Assembly: GCA_045803545.1 (NCBI GenBank)
Contig: JBJMOW010000005.1
Coordinates: forward strand, 768,001 to 832,000
DNA from: Gemmatimonadaceae bacterium
Lineage (GTDB): Bacteria; Gemmatimonadota; Gemmatimonadetes; Gemmatimonadales; Gemmatimonadaceae
Length of the DNA stretch: 64,000 nt
Reading direction: 5' to 3'
This document shows, in pieces, positions 10,272 through 20,620 of this stretch. Position 1 is the first letter of the stretch. Each line of letters begins with the position of its first letter. Both the position numbers and the translations under genes were made by a program. The notes below the pieces were generated by a model. The model saw nothing but the letters and a program-made list of their open reading frames with translations. It was not told the origin of the DNA and did not search any database.

Positions 10272-11609
10272 TTACCCCCTCCCAAACATCCCCGGCATTG
10301 ATGGCATCCCCATGCGACCTCCGCCCGCCATCTTCTTCATCATCTTCTGCATCTCGCGGAATTGATCCAGCAGGCGATTGACGTCGCTGATCGGCCGGCC
10401 CGAGCCCTTTGCGATTCGAGCGCGGCGCGAGCCGTTGATAATTCCGGGATTCTTCCGCTCCTCGGGGGTCATGGATAGCACGATCGCCTCGACGTGCTTG
10501 ATGCGCTTGGGATCGGCTTTCATCTGCTTCAACGCCTTGGTGTTGACCCCCGGAAGCATTTTCAGAATCCCCTCGAGCGGCCCCATCTTCTGGATCTGTT
10601 TCATGCTGTTGAGGAAATCGTTGAGGTCCATTCCCTCTTTGCGCACTTTCTTCTCGAGGCGCTTCGCTTCGGCCTCGTCGAAGGCGCTTTGGGCTTTCTC
10701 GACGAGGGAGACGATGTCACCCATTTGGAGAATGCGGCCGGCCATGCGTTCGGGGTGGAACTCTTCGAGCGCATCCGATTTCTCGCCGACGCCGATGTAT
10801 TTGATCGGTTTCTTTGTCACTCCGTAAATCGATAACGCAGCGCCGCCGCGGGCATCACCGTCCATCTTGGTGAGGATCACGCCAGTGATGTCGAGTGCCT
10901 GGTCGAAGCCCTGCGCGATTTTCACCGCGTCCTGTCCGGTCATGCCGTCCGCCACCAGCAGAATCTCGGAGGGTCGCAGCGCCTCCTTGAGATGCCTGAG
11001 CTCGTTCATCATCTCGTCGTCGATCTGGAGACGGCCGGCGGTGTCGACGATTGCTACGCGGTCGCGCTCTCGCAGCGCTTCGGCGACACCCGAGCGGGCG
11101 ATCTTTACGACGTCGGTCGTGCCACGCTCGGCATGAACGGGAATCGAAAGCTCACGGCCAAGAGTCTCCAGCTGATCAATGGCTGCGGGACGGTAGACGT
11201 CGGCTGCGATGAGTCGTGTCGAACGTCCTTCGCTTTTCAGCTTACGGGCGAGCTTCGCGGCGGTCGTAGTTTTTCCGGAACCCTGAAGACCGACCATCAT
11301 TATCACCGACGGCGGCACCGTACTGAGCTTTATGCCCTCACGACGCTCTCCAAGCATCTCGATGAGTTCTTCATGGACAACCTTGACCAGTTGTTGCCCG
11401 GGCGAGACGGTTGTGAGCGATATGATGCCGTTGGCTTTTTTCTCGACACGTTCAAGGAACTCGCGCGTCAATTGAAAGTTGACGTCCGCTTCAAGCAGAA
11501 CGCGACGGACCTCGCGCAGCCCTTCCTTGATGTCGGCTTCGGTCAGGACACCGCGGCCACGCAGTCGGGCGAACGTAGCCTCGAGCTTTTCGCTCAGGTC
11601 TTCGAACAT
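10272..11609 (-). CDS. ffh: Signal recognition particle protein Ffh
   Basis: GLQGSGKTT, DTAGR, TKMDGDARGGAALS, Met-rich M domain. Confidence 0.98.
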   Translation of the reverse strand: MFEDLSEKLEATFARLRGRGVLTEADIKEGLREVRRVLLEADVNFQLTREFLERVEKKANGIISLTTVSPGQQLVKVVHEELIEMLGERREGIKLSTVPPSVIMMVGLQGSGKTTTAAKLARKLKSEGRSTRLIAADVYRPAAIDQLETLGRELSIPVHAERGTTDVVKIARSGVAEALRERDRVAIVDTAGRLQIDDEMMNELRHLKEALRPSEILLVADGMTGQDAVKIAQGFDQALDITGVILTKMDGDARGGAALSIYGVTKKPIKYIGVGEKSDALEEFHPERMAGRILQMGDIVSLVEKAQSAFDEAEAKRLEKKVRKEGMDLNDFLNSMKQIQKMGPLEGILKMLPGVNTKALKQMKADPKRIKHVEAIVLSMTPEERKNPGIINGSRRARIAKGSGRPISDVNRLLDQFREMQKMMKKMAGGGRMGMPSMPGMFGRG

Positions 11610-11679
11610 AGCCTTTAAACTTATGCGCCGTTAAGTTCCCAAACAACTTGGAGTTACGACGACGCCACTGAGGAACTGA

Positions 11680-14169
11680 ATGCCGCCCGCCCAGCGCAAA
11701 GACGACATCCTGCAGGCTGACATACCCGCATCGCTGCCCTTGATGGCCTTGCGATCCACAATCGTTTACCCGCTTGGCACTATCGCGGTACAGATGGGCG
11801 CGCCGGAGAACCTGGCTCTGCTGAAGGCGAACGAGCAGTCGGGTCTCGTCGTTGGGTTGGTCGTAGCCAGTGGCGATCATGACGACGTACTCGACCCGGA
11901 GCGTTTTGTCGGCAGGGTCGGCGTGGCCGCTCGCGTTCACGAGCGCATCAACCTTCCCGGCGAAACTGTTCAGATCACTCTGCAGGGTCTACGTCGCATC
12001 GTCGTCGAAGGCGTGGTCCAGACCGATCCATTTCCGATCGTGCGCGTCAAGCCCGCGAAAGAGATCCCGCCCGATCCCAATGAAGTGGATGATTTGATCT
12101 CGCGCATCGTGACTGGTGCCGAAACACTCGCTGAGCTGATCGAGCGTATTCCGGACGAAGTGCCCGCGATTCTCAAGATGAACATCTCGGATCCAGGCCG
12201 GTTCGCTGATCTCGCGGCGACCAATCTCAACTTCAAGGTCTCCGACAAGGACGAGATCCTGCAGCGCCTCAACATCGGCCAGCGACTGAAGTTTCTGCTC
12301 GGTCGCGTCGAGCGCGAAGTAGGCCGTGCACGTGTCGCCGAAGACGTCAAGCGGCAAACCGAGATCAAGATCGAGCAACACCAGCGCGAGTTCTACCTCC
12401 GTCAGCAGCTGCGCGCGATTCAATCGGAGCTGGGCGAAGGCGATCCCGGCGAGAAAGAATCGATCGAGACCCTCAAGAAGCTCGAGGAAGCAAATCTCCC
12501 CGAGAAAGCAGCACAGGAAGGGCGACGTGAGATCGAACGGATGCGCAATCTCTCGCCCGCTTCGAGCGAGTATCAGGTCATCCGCACTTATCTCGACTGG
12601 ATGCTGGCGCTGCCCTGGAACAAGAAATCCGCGGCCGACGATGTGATCGAGCTGAAGAAAGTCGAGGACTTACTCGATAGCCGTCACTACGGCCTCAAGG
12701 AAGCGAAGGAGCGAATCGTCGAATATCTCGCGGTCAGGAAACTGCGTGGCGGCGATCCGCACGGACCAATTCTCTGCTTCGTCGGACCACCGGGAACCGG
12801 CAAGACCTCACTCGGCGAGGCAATCGCCAGCTCGATCTCGCGCGCGTTCTATCGCATTTCGGTCGGCGGGGTCCGCGACGAAGCCGAAATTCGCGGTCAC
12901 CGGCGCACGTACGTCGGCGCGATGCCGGGACTGATTCTTCAATCGCTCCGTCGCGTGCAGGTGCGCGACGCGGTGCTGATGATCGACGAAATCGATAAAA
13001 TGACGAGCGGAGGACCCTCCGGAGACCCGACGGCGGCGATGCTCGAAGTTCTGGATCCGTCACAGAACTCGAACTTCGTCGATCACTATCTCAATCTGCC
13101 GTTCGATCTCTCCAGCATCCTCTTCATCTGCACGGCAAACAATCTCTACGACATCCCGGCACCGCTGCGCGATCGCATGGAAGTCATTCGCGTCCTCGGC
13201 TACACCGTCGAAGAGAAAGTGGAGATCGCCTGGCGCTACATGCTGCCTCGCTTGATCGAGGAGCACGGAATTACCGACAAGGACATCCAGTTCACCGACG
13301 AGGTTCTTGGCTTCATCTCGAACCGCTATTCTCGCGAAGCGGGTCTTCGCAACTTCGAACGGAACATCGCGGCGTTGATGCGCAAGCGTGCGCGCAGGAA
13401 AGCAGAGGGTGAAGAGGGGGCCTGGGTTGTCGACAATCAGATGGTCATCGACATTCTTGGCAATCCCACATACACACTCGAGGATGCGGAGCAGGAGCCG
13501 GAGGTAGGTGCCGTCACGGGAATGGCGTGGACCGCAACAGGTGGCGACTTGATGGTGATCGAAGCCCTGAGAATGCCCGGCTCCGGTCGACTCACTGTCA
13601 CCGGCCAGCTGGGCGATGTCATGCGGGAGTCAGTGGACGCCGCGTACTCCTACGTTCGCTCGCGCGCTCACACGCTTGGGGTCGATGACGGGGAGTTCAA
13701 GGAAGTGGACCTGCACGTTCACTTCCCTGCTGGCGCGATTCCGAAGGATGGGCCGAGTGCTGGCGCTGCCGTAACTCTGGCGATTGCCAGCGTGCTGAGT
13801 CGCCGCCCAGTGCGCCGCGATCTCGCCCTTACGGGAGAGATGACTCTGCGCGGCAAGGTGCTGGAGATCGGCGGTGTGAAAGAGAAAGTGATGGCGGCGT
13901 ATCGTGCCGGCCTGCGTCAGGTGATTCTCCCGAAGGCAAATGAGAAAGACCTGCGCGGAATCCCGGACGAGGTCGTCAAGAGCATGTCATTCACCTTCGT
14001 GTCGACGATGGATGAGATCATGCACCTCGCGCTGCTGCCAAAGCCGCCGGGAACGCTTGCCGACGCACTGGAGCCGCACGGCGACATTCCGGCGAAGAAT
14101 GCGGTCGGCGATTCGCCGACAGCCTCGATCAATCGCACGGAGCCGGCGGTCGCGACCAAAGTAGGGTGA
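11680..14169 (+). CDS. lon: ATP-dependent Lon protease (LonA type), copy 1
   Basis: Walker A GPPGTGKT, RGHRRTYVGAMPG, catalytic PKDGPSAG and IGGVKEK. Confidence 0.95.
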   Translation: MPPAQRKDDILQADIPASLPLMALRSTIVYPLGTIAVQMGAPENLALLKANEQSGLVVGLVVASGDHDDVLDPERFVGRVGVAARVHERINLPGETVQITLQGLRRIVVEGVVQTDPFPIVRVKPAKEIPPDPNEVDDLISRIVTGAETLAELIERIPDEVPAILKMNISDPGRFADLAATNLNFKVSDKDEILQRLNIGQRLKFLLGRVEREVGRARVAEDVKRQTEIKIEQHQREFYLRQQLRAIQSELGEGDPGEKESIETLKKLEEANLPEKAAQEGRREIERMRNLSPASSEYQVIRTYLDWMLALPWNKKSAADDVIELKKVEDLLDSRHYGLKEAKERIVEYLAVRKLRGGDPHGPILCFVGPPGTGKTSLGEAIASSISRAFYRISVGGVRDEAEIRGHRRTYVGAMPGLILQSLRRVQVRDAVLMIDEIDKMTSGGPSGDPTAAMLEVLDPSQNSNFVDHYLNLPFDLSSILFICTANNLYDIPAPLRDRMEVIRVLGYTVEEKVEIAWRYMLPRLIEEHGITDKDIQFTDEVLGFISNRYSREAGLRNFERNIAALMRKRARRKAEGEEGAWVVDNQMVIDILGNPTYTLEDAEQEPEVGAVTGMAWTATGGDLMVIEALRMPGSGRLTVTGQLGDVMRESVDAAYSYVRSRAHTLGVDDGEFKEVDLHVHFPAGAIPKDGPSAGAAVTLAIASVLSRRPVRRDLALTGEMTLRGKVLEIGGVKEKVMAAYRAGLRQVILPKANEKDLRGIPDEVVKSMSFTFVSTMDEIMHLALLPKPPGTLADALEPHGDIPAKNAVGDSPTASINRTEPAVATKVG

Positions 14170-15119
14170 ATCTCGAGAACACCTGGGTTCAGTTTGGCAT
14201 CCATGTTTTCGTCGGCACGATGGCAGGAGGCCTCTCCGACACCGTAGCCGTCTGGATGTTGTTCAATCCGAAGCAGAAGCGGTGGGGATTTCAGGGAGCA
14301 ATTCCCAAGAACCAGGCGCGTCTCGCCAGGAGCCTTGGCCGCACCGTTGGCGAAAGGTTGCTGACGCCCGGCGATCTTCAGAAAGAGCTCGCTCGCCCCG
14401 AGTTGCTGACAGCGTTTCAATCCAGGCTCGAGGACGTCATCGCCAACATCCTGACGTCGCGCGAGCCGCTGATAGATAAAGTTCCACCCGCGGTAGTCAA
14501 TGCGCTCGAGGGCGCGATGACATCCTATCTACCGGTGGCGATGACCAAGCTCGGCTCCTTCCTCGGCCAGCCCACGACGCGCGTCAAGCTGCGCACCGCG
14601 CTGCACACGATGTTCAATCGCTTCGTCGACGACATGCGCTTCCATGAGCGCCTGTTCGCGAAGCTGATGATGACGGAGTCCAAGTTCGAGGCGGTGCTCG
14701 ACGCAATCGAGACCGACGGTGTCGAGCAGGTGGTCTCGCTGCTCGAAGAGCCCGAGATCCGCGAAGAGATCTCCAAGGCGATTCACGATGCGATCCTTAC
14801 CTATCTACAAAAGCCGATCTCCGATATCCTCGGCGATGTTGAAGCGAAGAAAGACCCCGATGCGCCCAAGCGTCTCGCCGCGCAAGCAGCGCCCATAATT
14901 TGGGAATGGGTGCACGATCAGCTGCCGGAGTTGATCAAAAAGCTCGACGTCCAGGCAATGGTTGAACGCAAAGTGATGTCATTCTCAATCGATCGTGTCG
15001 AGGAAATTCTGCGCAATGTGATTCAGAACGAGCTGAACCTCATTATCACGACCGGCTACGTGCTTGGCGGACTGATCGGTGTCTGCACGTTCGGTTTGCA
15101 GAAACTCCTCGGACTATAG
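14166..15119 (+). CDS. DUF445-family membrane protein
   Basis: N-terminal TM then VAVWMLFNP..QGAIPKNQARLARSLG; C-terminal ELNLI...GYVLGGLIG. Confidence 0.75.
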   Translation: MNLENTWVQFGIHVFVGTMAGGLSDTVAVWMLFNPKQKRWGFQGAIPKNQARLARSLGRTVGERLLTPGDLQKELARPELLTAFQSRLEDVIANILTSREPLIDKVPPAVVNALEGAMTSYLPVAMTKLGSFLGQPTTRVKLRTALHTMFNRFVDDMRFHERLFAKLMMTESKFEAVLDAIETDGVEQVVSLLEEPEIREEISKAIHDAILTYLQKPISDILGDVEAKKDPDAPKRLAAQAAPIIWEWVHDQLPELIKKLDVQAMVERKVMSFSIDRVEEILRNVIQNELNLIITTGYVLGGLIGVCTFGLQKLLGL

Positions 15120-15123
15120 GGCG

Positions 15124-16383
15124 CTACTGCTTCAGCGTCACCTGCGCGGGATTGACGATGTTCGGATTCGCCCCTGCCGGCACATCGACGTAGATCACCG
15201 TCGGCCGTCCCTGAATCTCCTGCGTCGAAACCTGAATCGTACGGCCGCCGGCTGAGTATTTCTTTACGAGATCGGTCGAACCCGCAGTGGCCTTGGTCGA
15301 GAAGCGCTTCTCAACCCCCTCACCTGCCATATGGTAGAACTCGCCCGCTTCTACCTGTGAATCCCAAACCGTCAGCCAGACGATGCCCTGTCCTTGCGGC
15401 GTGTTGACCACCGCGTAGCGATCTCCGTCCCAGCCGGTTGCTCCACGCACTGCTTCGTTCTGGTCAGCGAGCTGCTGAAACAGGAATAGACGGGTCTCGA
15501 ACTCGCCGAGGTCGTTCTCATATACCTTGGCCGCGTTCGTAAGAGTGCCGAGCCCTACTGCGGTCGGATTGTCTCGGGTTACGAAGAACGCGGCGGGATG
15601 AATGATCTGCTCGGTCGACACCGGCATATCGTTGTAGATGACTGATCCCGGCTTCCGCTCTTTGTAATTGCGGTAGAACTCGGCGCCGCTCAAGTACGGG
15701 AAGATGAGCGTTTCCTGAATCACTTTCGGCGCTGCTGCGAAGATCGGCATCGAACCCTTATTCTCGCTAATCATCTCGCGAATGCGGTCCCACCCGCCAG
15801 GAAGATTTATCGCGATGTTGGAACCTCCGAGCATGATTGAGATCTGCTCGTACACGGCCTGACCCTCGAACACTGATTGAGCGGCCGACAGTCGGTCGTT
15901 GTCGTTGCGCGTTTTCTGGATCGAGTCGAGGCTGATGTACTGATCCTGGAGGGCATGCACGAGCTCGTGGGTGATCGTCATCGAAGCCATATCCTGCGGC
16001 GCACCATCGACCACATACAGGATCTTCGTATGCGGATCATAAAAGCCGACGATCTGCTCCTCGAGCAGGCTGGTCAGGAACGGCTGCAGCTTGAGCGTAT
16101 CGGGAATCATCCCCAGCCGCTTGTACGCTGCTTCCTGACCGGCGATGTCTCGCGTAGCCTGTGAATCGGTGAACTGGCGGGTGACGAACTCGCGTACCTG
16201 CTCCTTCGACCGAGTTTCCACTTTGGGTGGTGTTTTGAATTTCAGCCCCACCGCCTTCTCGATCATCGGGATCGCGTCTCTGACTTCGCTCGCGTACGGA
16301 CCTTCGTAGGCCGGCTTTTGTCTTTCGCAGCCGGCCACGAAGACAATTGAGAGCGCCGCCGCCAGAGATCCAGCGCGCGTCAC
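15124..16383 (-). CDS. Putative zinc-metallopeptidase lipoprotein
   Basis: Lipobox FVAGC; GFYDP; zincin motif HELVHALQDQ; downstream EGQA. Confidence 0.7.
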   Translation of the reverse strand: MTRAGSLAAALSIVFVAGCERQKPAYEGPYASEVRDAIPMIEKAVGLKFKTPPKVETRSKEQVREFVTRQFTDSQATRDIAGQEAAYKRLGMIPDTLKLQPFLTSLLEEQIVGFYDPHTKILYVVDGAPQDMASMTITHELVHALQDQYISLDSIQKTRNDNDRLSAAQSVFEGQAVYEQISIMLGGSNIAINLPGGWDRIREMISENKGSMPIFAAAPKVIQETLIFPYLSGAEFYRNYKERKPGSVIYNDMPVSTEQIIHPAAFFVTRDNPTAVGLGTLTNAAKVYENDLGEFETRLFLFQQLADQNEAVRGATGWDGDRYAVVNTPQGQGIVWLTVWDSQVEAGEFYHMAGEGVEKRFSTKATAGSTDLVKKYSAGGRTIQVSTQEIQGRPTVIYVDVPAGANPNIVNPAQVTLKQ

Positions 16384-16464
16384 GCGAAGCTCCTGCCCGC
16401 GCGGGAAATCCGTGCGGACGGCGTAGCGTCAACGATCATTTGTTGCCGAATTAGGGTTTGCCGA

Positions 16465-17316
16465 TCAAAGTCCCGAGATACGAAGATACCACGCAATCAG
16501 CGCATCTCCATGGAGCAGCGCGATCAGCGCGGCGGGCGCAAGAAAGACGCCGAATGGAAGCTCGCGTTTGCGCCATGCTCCGCCTTCTTCGAGTGCGAGC
16601 TCGGTTTGACCTTTGTCGTCCGCCATACCGCGGGCAGATAGAGGGTAGACGACGGCGAGCAGCACGATCGGCGCGAGCAGCGACGCAATGAATATCGTGA
16701 GCAGGGCGCGGACGGGGCCGACTGCAGCGCCGACCACCGCCATCAGCGTCACGTCACCGAAGCCCATCGCCGGACGCTTCAGCCACACTTCGCCCAGCCA
16801 GCCAACGATTGAGATCGCGCCCGCACCGACACACATGCCAAGTATGGCGTCCCACGGCCGCGCAAAGGGCTCCGCCTCTCCAACGTAAAGTGCGGCAAGT
16901 GCGCTAAGGATTACGAAGAAGAGCCCGAAAACTGTGAATCCGTCGGGAATCAGAAAATGCTTGGCATCGGTGACCGCTATCCCAAGCAGGACGGTCGCCA
17001 GGACGGCGATGCGCAGTCCGGTCACGGTGAGTCCGAACTGGAAATACGCGACCAGCCAGATTAATCCCACCAGCAACTCCACGATCGGATACTGGATCGA
17101 AATGCGCTCACGGCAACCGCTGCAGCGCCCACGCAGCATCAGCCAGCCGACGATCGGGATGTTTTCTGACGCTGTAATCTGGTGGCCACATTTCGGGCAC
17201 CGTGATCGTGGCTTGACGACGCTCAGGCCTTCGGGCCACCGACCGATGCAGACATTCAAAAAGGAGCCGATTGCGGCTCCGATCAAAAAAACGAAAAAAC
17301 CTTCGAGAAACTCCAT
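16465..17316 (-). CDS. pilD: Type IV prepilin peptidase / N-methyltransferase
   Basis: GSFLNV, two CxxC pairs, MGFGDV, LPFGVFLA. Confidence 0.93.
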   Translation of the reverse strand: MEFLEGFFVFLIGAAIGSFLNVCIGRWPEGLSVVKPRSRCPKCGHQITASENIPIVGWLMLRGRCSGCRERISIQYPIVELLVGLIWLVAYFQFGLTVTGLRIAVLATVLLGIAVTDAKHFLIPDGFTVFGLFFVILSALAALYVGEAEPFARPWDAILGMCVGAGAISIVGWLGEVWLKRPAMGFGDVTLMAVVGAAVGPVRALLTIFIASLLAPIVLLAVVYPLSARGMADDKGQTELALEEGGAWRKRELPFGVFLAPAALIALLHGDALIAWYLRISGL

Positions 17317-18074
17317 TATTGACGAAGCTCGTAAAGAAGAATTCCCGCAGCCACGGCGACGTTGAGTGATTCGACGTCGCCGGAAATTGGAAGCGATATA
17401 GTTCGCTGCGCTTTCGCTCTTATAGAAGACGATATTCCCGCCCCTTCGTTGCCAAGTGCGACCGCCAGCTTCGCGGGGGCGGCCTTACCGTCCACCGGGA
17501 TTCCCTGAGTGTCGGTCGCCCAAAGCTCCACCGATTGGCGTGTAAGGAACTCGAGTGTTTCGTCGACAGCGGCGTGAAACGCCTGATGGTGAAACTGGGC
17601 GCCCATCGAGCTTCGAATCACTTTTGGATTCCACAAATCCACAGTTCCGGGTAATGCAATGGTGGCGCAGGCGCCGAGCGCGGCGGCGGTACGCAGAATA
17701 GTACCGACGTTGCCTGGATCCTGAACGGCGTCCAGCAACAGAATGCGGCACACTCCCGGCACCTGTAGTGTATCAAGGGTCCGTGACGGGACTTCGGCGA
17801 TTGCGAGTACTCCCTGCGGTGAATCCGTTTCGGCTGCGGAGCGGAAATCTTTCTCGCTGACTTCGGCGACTTCGACTCGCGACTGCTCGAGCTGGCGCCG
17901 CAGATCGGCGCCGCGCGGCGCGTCGGTCAGCTGCGGCGCAACGAGCGCACCCTGGATGTTGAGGCCGGAGCGCAGCAGCTCTTCGACCGATCGCACACCT
18001 TCCGCCACGAACATAGAGTGCTTTTCGCGGGCTTTCCGACGGGTCAAGTCGCGCGCGAGTGTGAGTAATTTCAC
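17316..18074 (-). CDS. TrmH/SpoU-family RNA methyltransferase (start trimmed to GTG 18074)
   Basis: VQDPGNVGTILRTA, LGNEGAG, ESLNVAVAAGI. Confidence 0.92.
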   Translation of the reverse strand: MKLLTLARDLTRRKAREKHSMFVAEGVRSVEELLRSGLNIQGALVAPQLTDAPRGADLRRQLEQSRVEVAEVSEKDFRSAAETDSPQGVLAIAEVPSRTLDTLQVPGVCRILLLDAVQDPGNVGTILRTAAALGACATIALPGTVDLWNPKVIRSSMGAQFHHQAFHAAVDETLEFLTRQSVELWATDTQGIPVDGKAAPAKLAVALGNEGAGISSSIRAKAQRTISLPISGDVESLNVAVAAGILLYELRQ

Positions 18075-18093
18075 GTCTCGCAATCCGACATGG

Positions 18094-18110
18094 CTGGAAT
18101 GGGTCTTGCC
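18094..18110 (+). promoter_or_regulatory. Putative sigma54 -24/-12 promoter for the M48 peptidase gene
   Basis: CTGGAATGGGTCTTGCC = GG-N10-GC with TTGC, about 37 nt before the ATG. Confidence 0.5.
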
Positions 18111-18146
18111 CCGCGTGTGAATAGAAATCTCATCGTTGGAGTACCA

Positions 18147-18953
18147 ATGAAACGCGTTCTCATAGGTATTGCGGTTACCGTCTCTTTGCTCGGCTGCGGA
18201 ATATCGCAGCAGCAGGAAGTTCAGATGGGACAGCAGTATGTGCAACAGATCAACGCCCAGCTGCCGATCGTCCAGGATCCGGAGCTGAATCGCTACATCA
18301 ACGTACTTGGCGATTCAATTGCCCGTCTCACGAGCCGCAAAGACCTTGACTGGCAATTCTTCATCGTCGACGCCCAGGAAGTGAATGCGTTTGCCGTGCC
18401 GGGGGGCTTCGTATACGTGAATCGTGGACTGATTCAGCGCGCCGATCAGATGGACGAGTTGGCTGGCGTGTTGGGCCACGAAATCGGACACGTCGTCCGC
18501 CGTCATACCGTGAAGCAAATGGAGAAGGCGCAGGGCGCGAACATCGGTGTCACGCTCGCGTGCGTCCTCACCAGCATTTGCAACAGCCAGGCGGCGGGCG
18601 CAGCGATAAACATCGCCGGAGGAGCCGTGTTCGCACGGTTTAGCCGCTCGGACGAGGCAGAGGCCGACGCCGAGGGAGTCAAGAACACGGTTCGCGCCGG
18701 AATCAGCCCGGTCGGAATGGTGACGATGTTTCAAAAGCTGCTCGAGGAGAGAAAGGCGCGTCCTGGAGCAGTGGAATCGTGGTTCCTGACGCACCCGCTC
18801 GAGGAAGATCGCATTACCGCAGTGCAGAGCATGATCAACGCAGTTCCTCCGAGTCAGCTCGCACAGCTAGGTACCGATAGTCGGAATTTCCACGCGTTCA
18901 AGTCACGAATTCAGTCGCTGCCCCCTTCGCCTCCACCGCGACAGGTTCAGTGA
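18147..18953 (+). CDS. M48-family (BepA/YfgC-like) zinc metalloprotease lipoprotein
   Basis: Lipobox LLGC; VNAFAVPGG, HEIGH, FSRSDEAEAD, THP. Confidence 0.9.
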   Translation: MKRVLIGIAVTVSLLGCGISQQQEVQMGQQYVQQINAQLPIVQDPELNRYINVLGDSIARLTSRKDLDWQFFIVDAQEVNAFAVPGGFVYVNRGLIQRADQMDELAGVLGHEIGHVVRRHTVKQMEKAQGANIGVTLACVLTSICNSQAAGAAINIAGGAVFARFSRSDEAEADAEGVKNTVRAGISPVGMVTMFQKLLEERKARPGAVESWFLTHPLEEDRITAVQSMINAVPPSQLAQLGTDSRNFHAFKSRIQSLPPSPPPRQVQ

Positions 18954-18972
18954 CACTCTAGCCGACAGAGTT

Positions 18973-19005
18973 GATGCGCCGTGGGATTCCGCGGCGCATC
19001 TTTTT
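18973..19005 (+). terminator. Rho-independent terminator after the M48 gene, ending 2 nt before the thiD ATG
   Basis: GATGCGCCGTGG-GATT-CCGCGGCGCATC followed by TTTTT. Confidence 0.7.
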
Positions 19006-19007
19006 AT

Positions 19008-19796
19008 ATGCGCATTGCGCTCACCATCGCCGGCTCTGATTCAGGCGGGGGCGCTGGAATTCAGGCCGACCTGAAGACTTTCCAGCGTTTCGGCGTTTTC
19101 GGGACGTCCGCGATTACCGCGATCACTGCCCAGAACACCCGTGGGGTTCGGCAATGGGAGCCAGTCTCGTCCACGCTTGTGCGCGCCCAGATCGACGCGG
19201 TAATCGAGGATCTTCCGCCAGCTGCGCTCAAGACCGGCATGATTGCGAATGGCGCGGTTGCGCTCGCTGTTGCCGCGGCAATCCGCGACCACTCATTACG
19301 CAACTACGTGCTCGATCCGGTGTTGGTTGCCACGTCCGGTGACAAATTGTTCGAAAACGACGCGATCGACGTAATACGCACCCAGCTCATTCCGCTGTCT
19401 TCTCTCGTCACTCCAAATCTGCATGAAGCCGAGATCCTTGTCGGCGATAAGCTCGAGGACGAGGAAGCGATCGTGCGTGCTGCGGAAACCATTGTCAACG
19501 AGATGGGGGCAGCCGCAGTGCTGATTAAAGGTGGCCACTTTGCATCCGGCGATCGTGTAGTAGACACACTGTTCGACGGCGACGTCCGCACCTTCCGGGG
19601 GAAGCGGCTGGAAACGACAAACACCCATGGGACTGGCTGCACACTGTCAGCCGCGATTGTGGCATTCCTCGCGAGAGGTGAATCGCTACACGCAGCGGTC
19701 CGGCGCTCCATCGAGTACGTGCAAAAGGCGATCGCGACGGCGCCGGGGCTCGGCTCGGGCAATGGCCCGCTAAATCATCTCGCCGACGAGAGCTGA
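19008..19796 (+). CDS. thiD: Hydroxymethylpyrimidine/phosphomethylpyrimidine kinase
   Basis: LTIAGSDSGGGAGIQADLKT, TAQNT, HGTGCTLS. Confidence 0.96.
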   Translation: MRIALTIAGSDSGGGAGIQADLKTFQRFGVFGTSAITAITAQNTRGVRQWEPVSSTLVRAQIDAVIEDLPPAALKTGMIANGAVALAVAAAIRDHSLRNYVLDPVLVATSGDKLFENDAIDVIRTQLIPLSSLVTPNLHEAEILVGDKLEDEEAIVRAAETIVNEMGAAAVLIKGGHFASGDRVVDTLFDGDVRTFRGKRLETTNTHGTGCTLSAAIVAFLARGESLHAAVRRSIEYVQKAIATAPGLGSGNGPLNHLADES

Positions 19797-20620
19797 GTCG
19801 CGGCGGTCTTCTCCAGAAACTCAGTCACCAGCGCTTCGAAACGGGCACTCACGCGGTTCGTTGTTTGGAGCACTTCGGCATGACTTAACGCGGCGCCAGT
19901 AACGCCAGCCGCGGCGTTGGTGATGCAGCTGACTCCGGCAACGCGCATTCGTAACGCGCGCGCCATTATCACCTCCGGCACCGTCGACATTCCAACCGCG
20001 TCAGCGCCCAGCATTCTGAGCATCTTCACTTCGCTGGGCGTCTCATACGACGGCCCGAGGAGACCCGCGTAAACTCCTTCACGCAGCGTGATGCCGAGCT
20101 GCTCGGCACTGTTCCGCAAGACGCGGCGGAAACCCGGATCATATGCGTCGGTCATGTCGGGGAATCGAATCTCGCCTTCCCCTAAAGCCCCGACGAGTGG
20201 ATTTGTGCCCATCAAGTTGAGGTGATCGCAAATCATCATCAGATCGCCGACCAAAAGCTTGGAAGAAATCCCACCGGCGGCGTTCGATACGAACAGCTCG
20301 CGCGCGCCCAGGGCGTGGAAAACACGCACGGGAAACGCGGCCAGGGCCGCGGGATGTCCTTCATACATGTGGAAGCGCCCATTCAGGGCGACGACCTCGC
20401 GTCCGCCGAGGTTGCCAAGCAGAACTGTTCCTTCGTGTCCGACCACGGTGGCTTCGGGGAAGCCAGGAATGTCGCCAAAGGGAATTCGCACGGCGTCGTC
20501 GATCTTGTTGGCGAGCCCTCCGAGACCGGAGCCAAGAATGATTCCGATGGTTGGCTGCCGCTCCGTGCGCGAGCGAATCGCCGTTGCGGCTGTCTTCGCC
20601 GCGTCCGCGGAGTATTTCAT
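19775..20620 (-). CDS. punA: Purine-nucleoside phosphorylase (trimeric type)
   Basis: GIILGSGLG, GRFHMYEG, GPSYETPSE, GADAVGMSTVPE. Confidence 0.95.
   Translation of the reverse strand: MKYSADAAKTAATAIRSRTERQPTIGIILGSGLGGLANKIDDAVRIPFGDIPGFPEATVVGHEGTVLLGNLGGREVVALNGRFHMYEGHPAALAAFPVRVFHALGARELFVSNAAGGISSKLLVGDLMMICDHLNLMGTNPLVGALGEGEIRFPDMTDAYDPGFRRVLRNSAEQLGITLREGVYAGLLGPSYETPSEVKMLRMLGADAVGMSTVPEVIMARALRMRVAGVSCITNAAAGVTGAALSHAEVLQTTNRVSARFEALVTEFLEKTAATQLSSAR

Noticed and set aside
18954..19007. TPP riboswitch upstream of thiD
   Set aside because: Only 54 nt of intergenic space and no CUGAGA core
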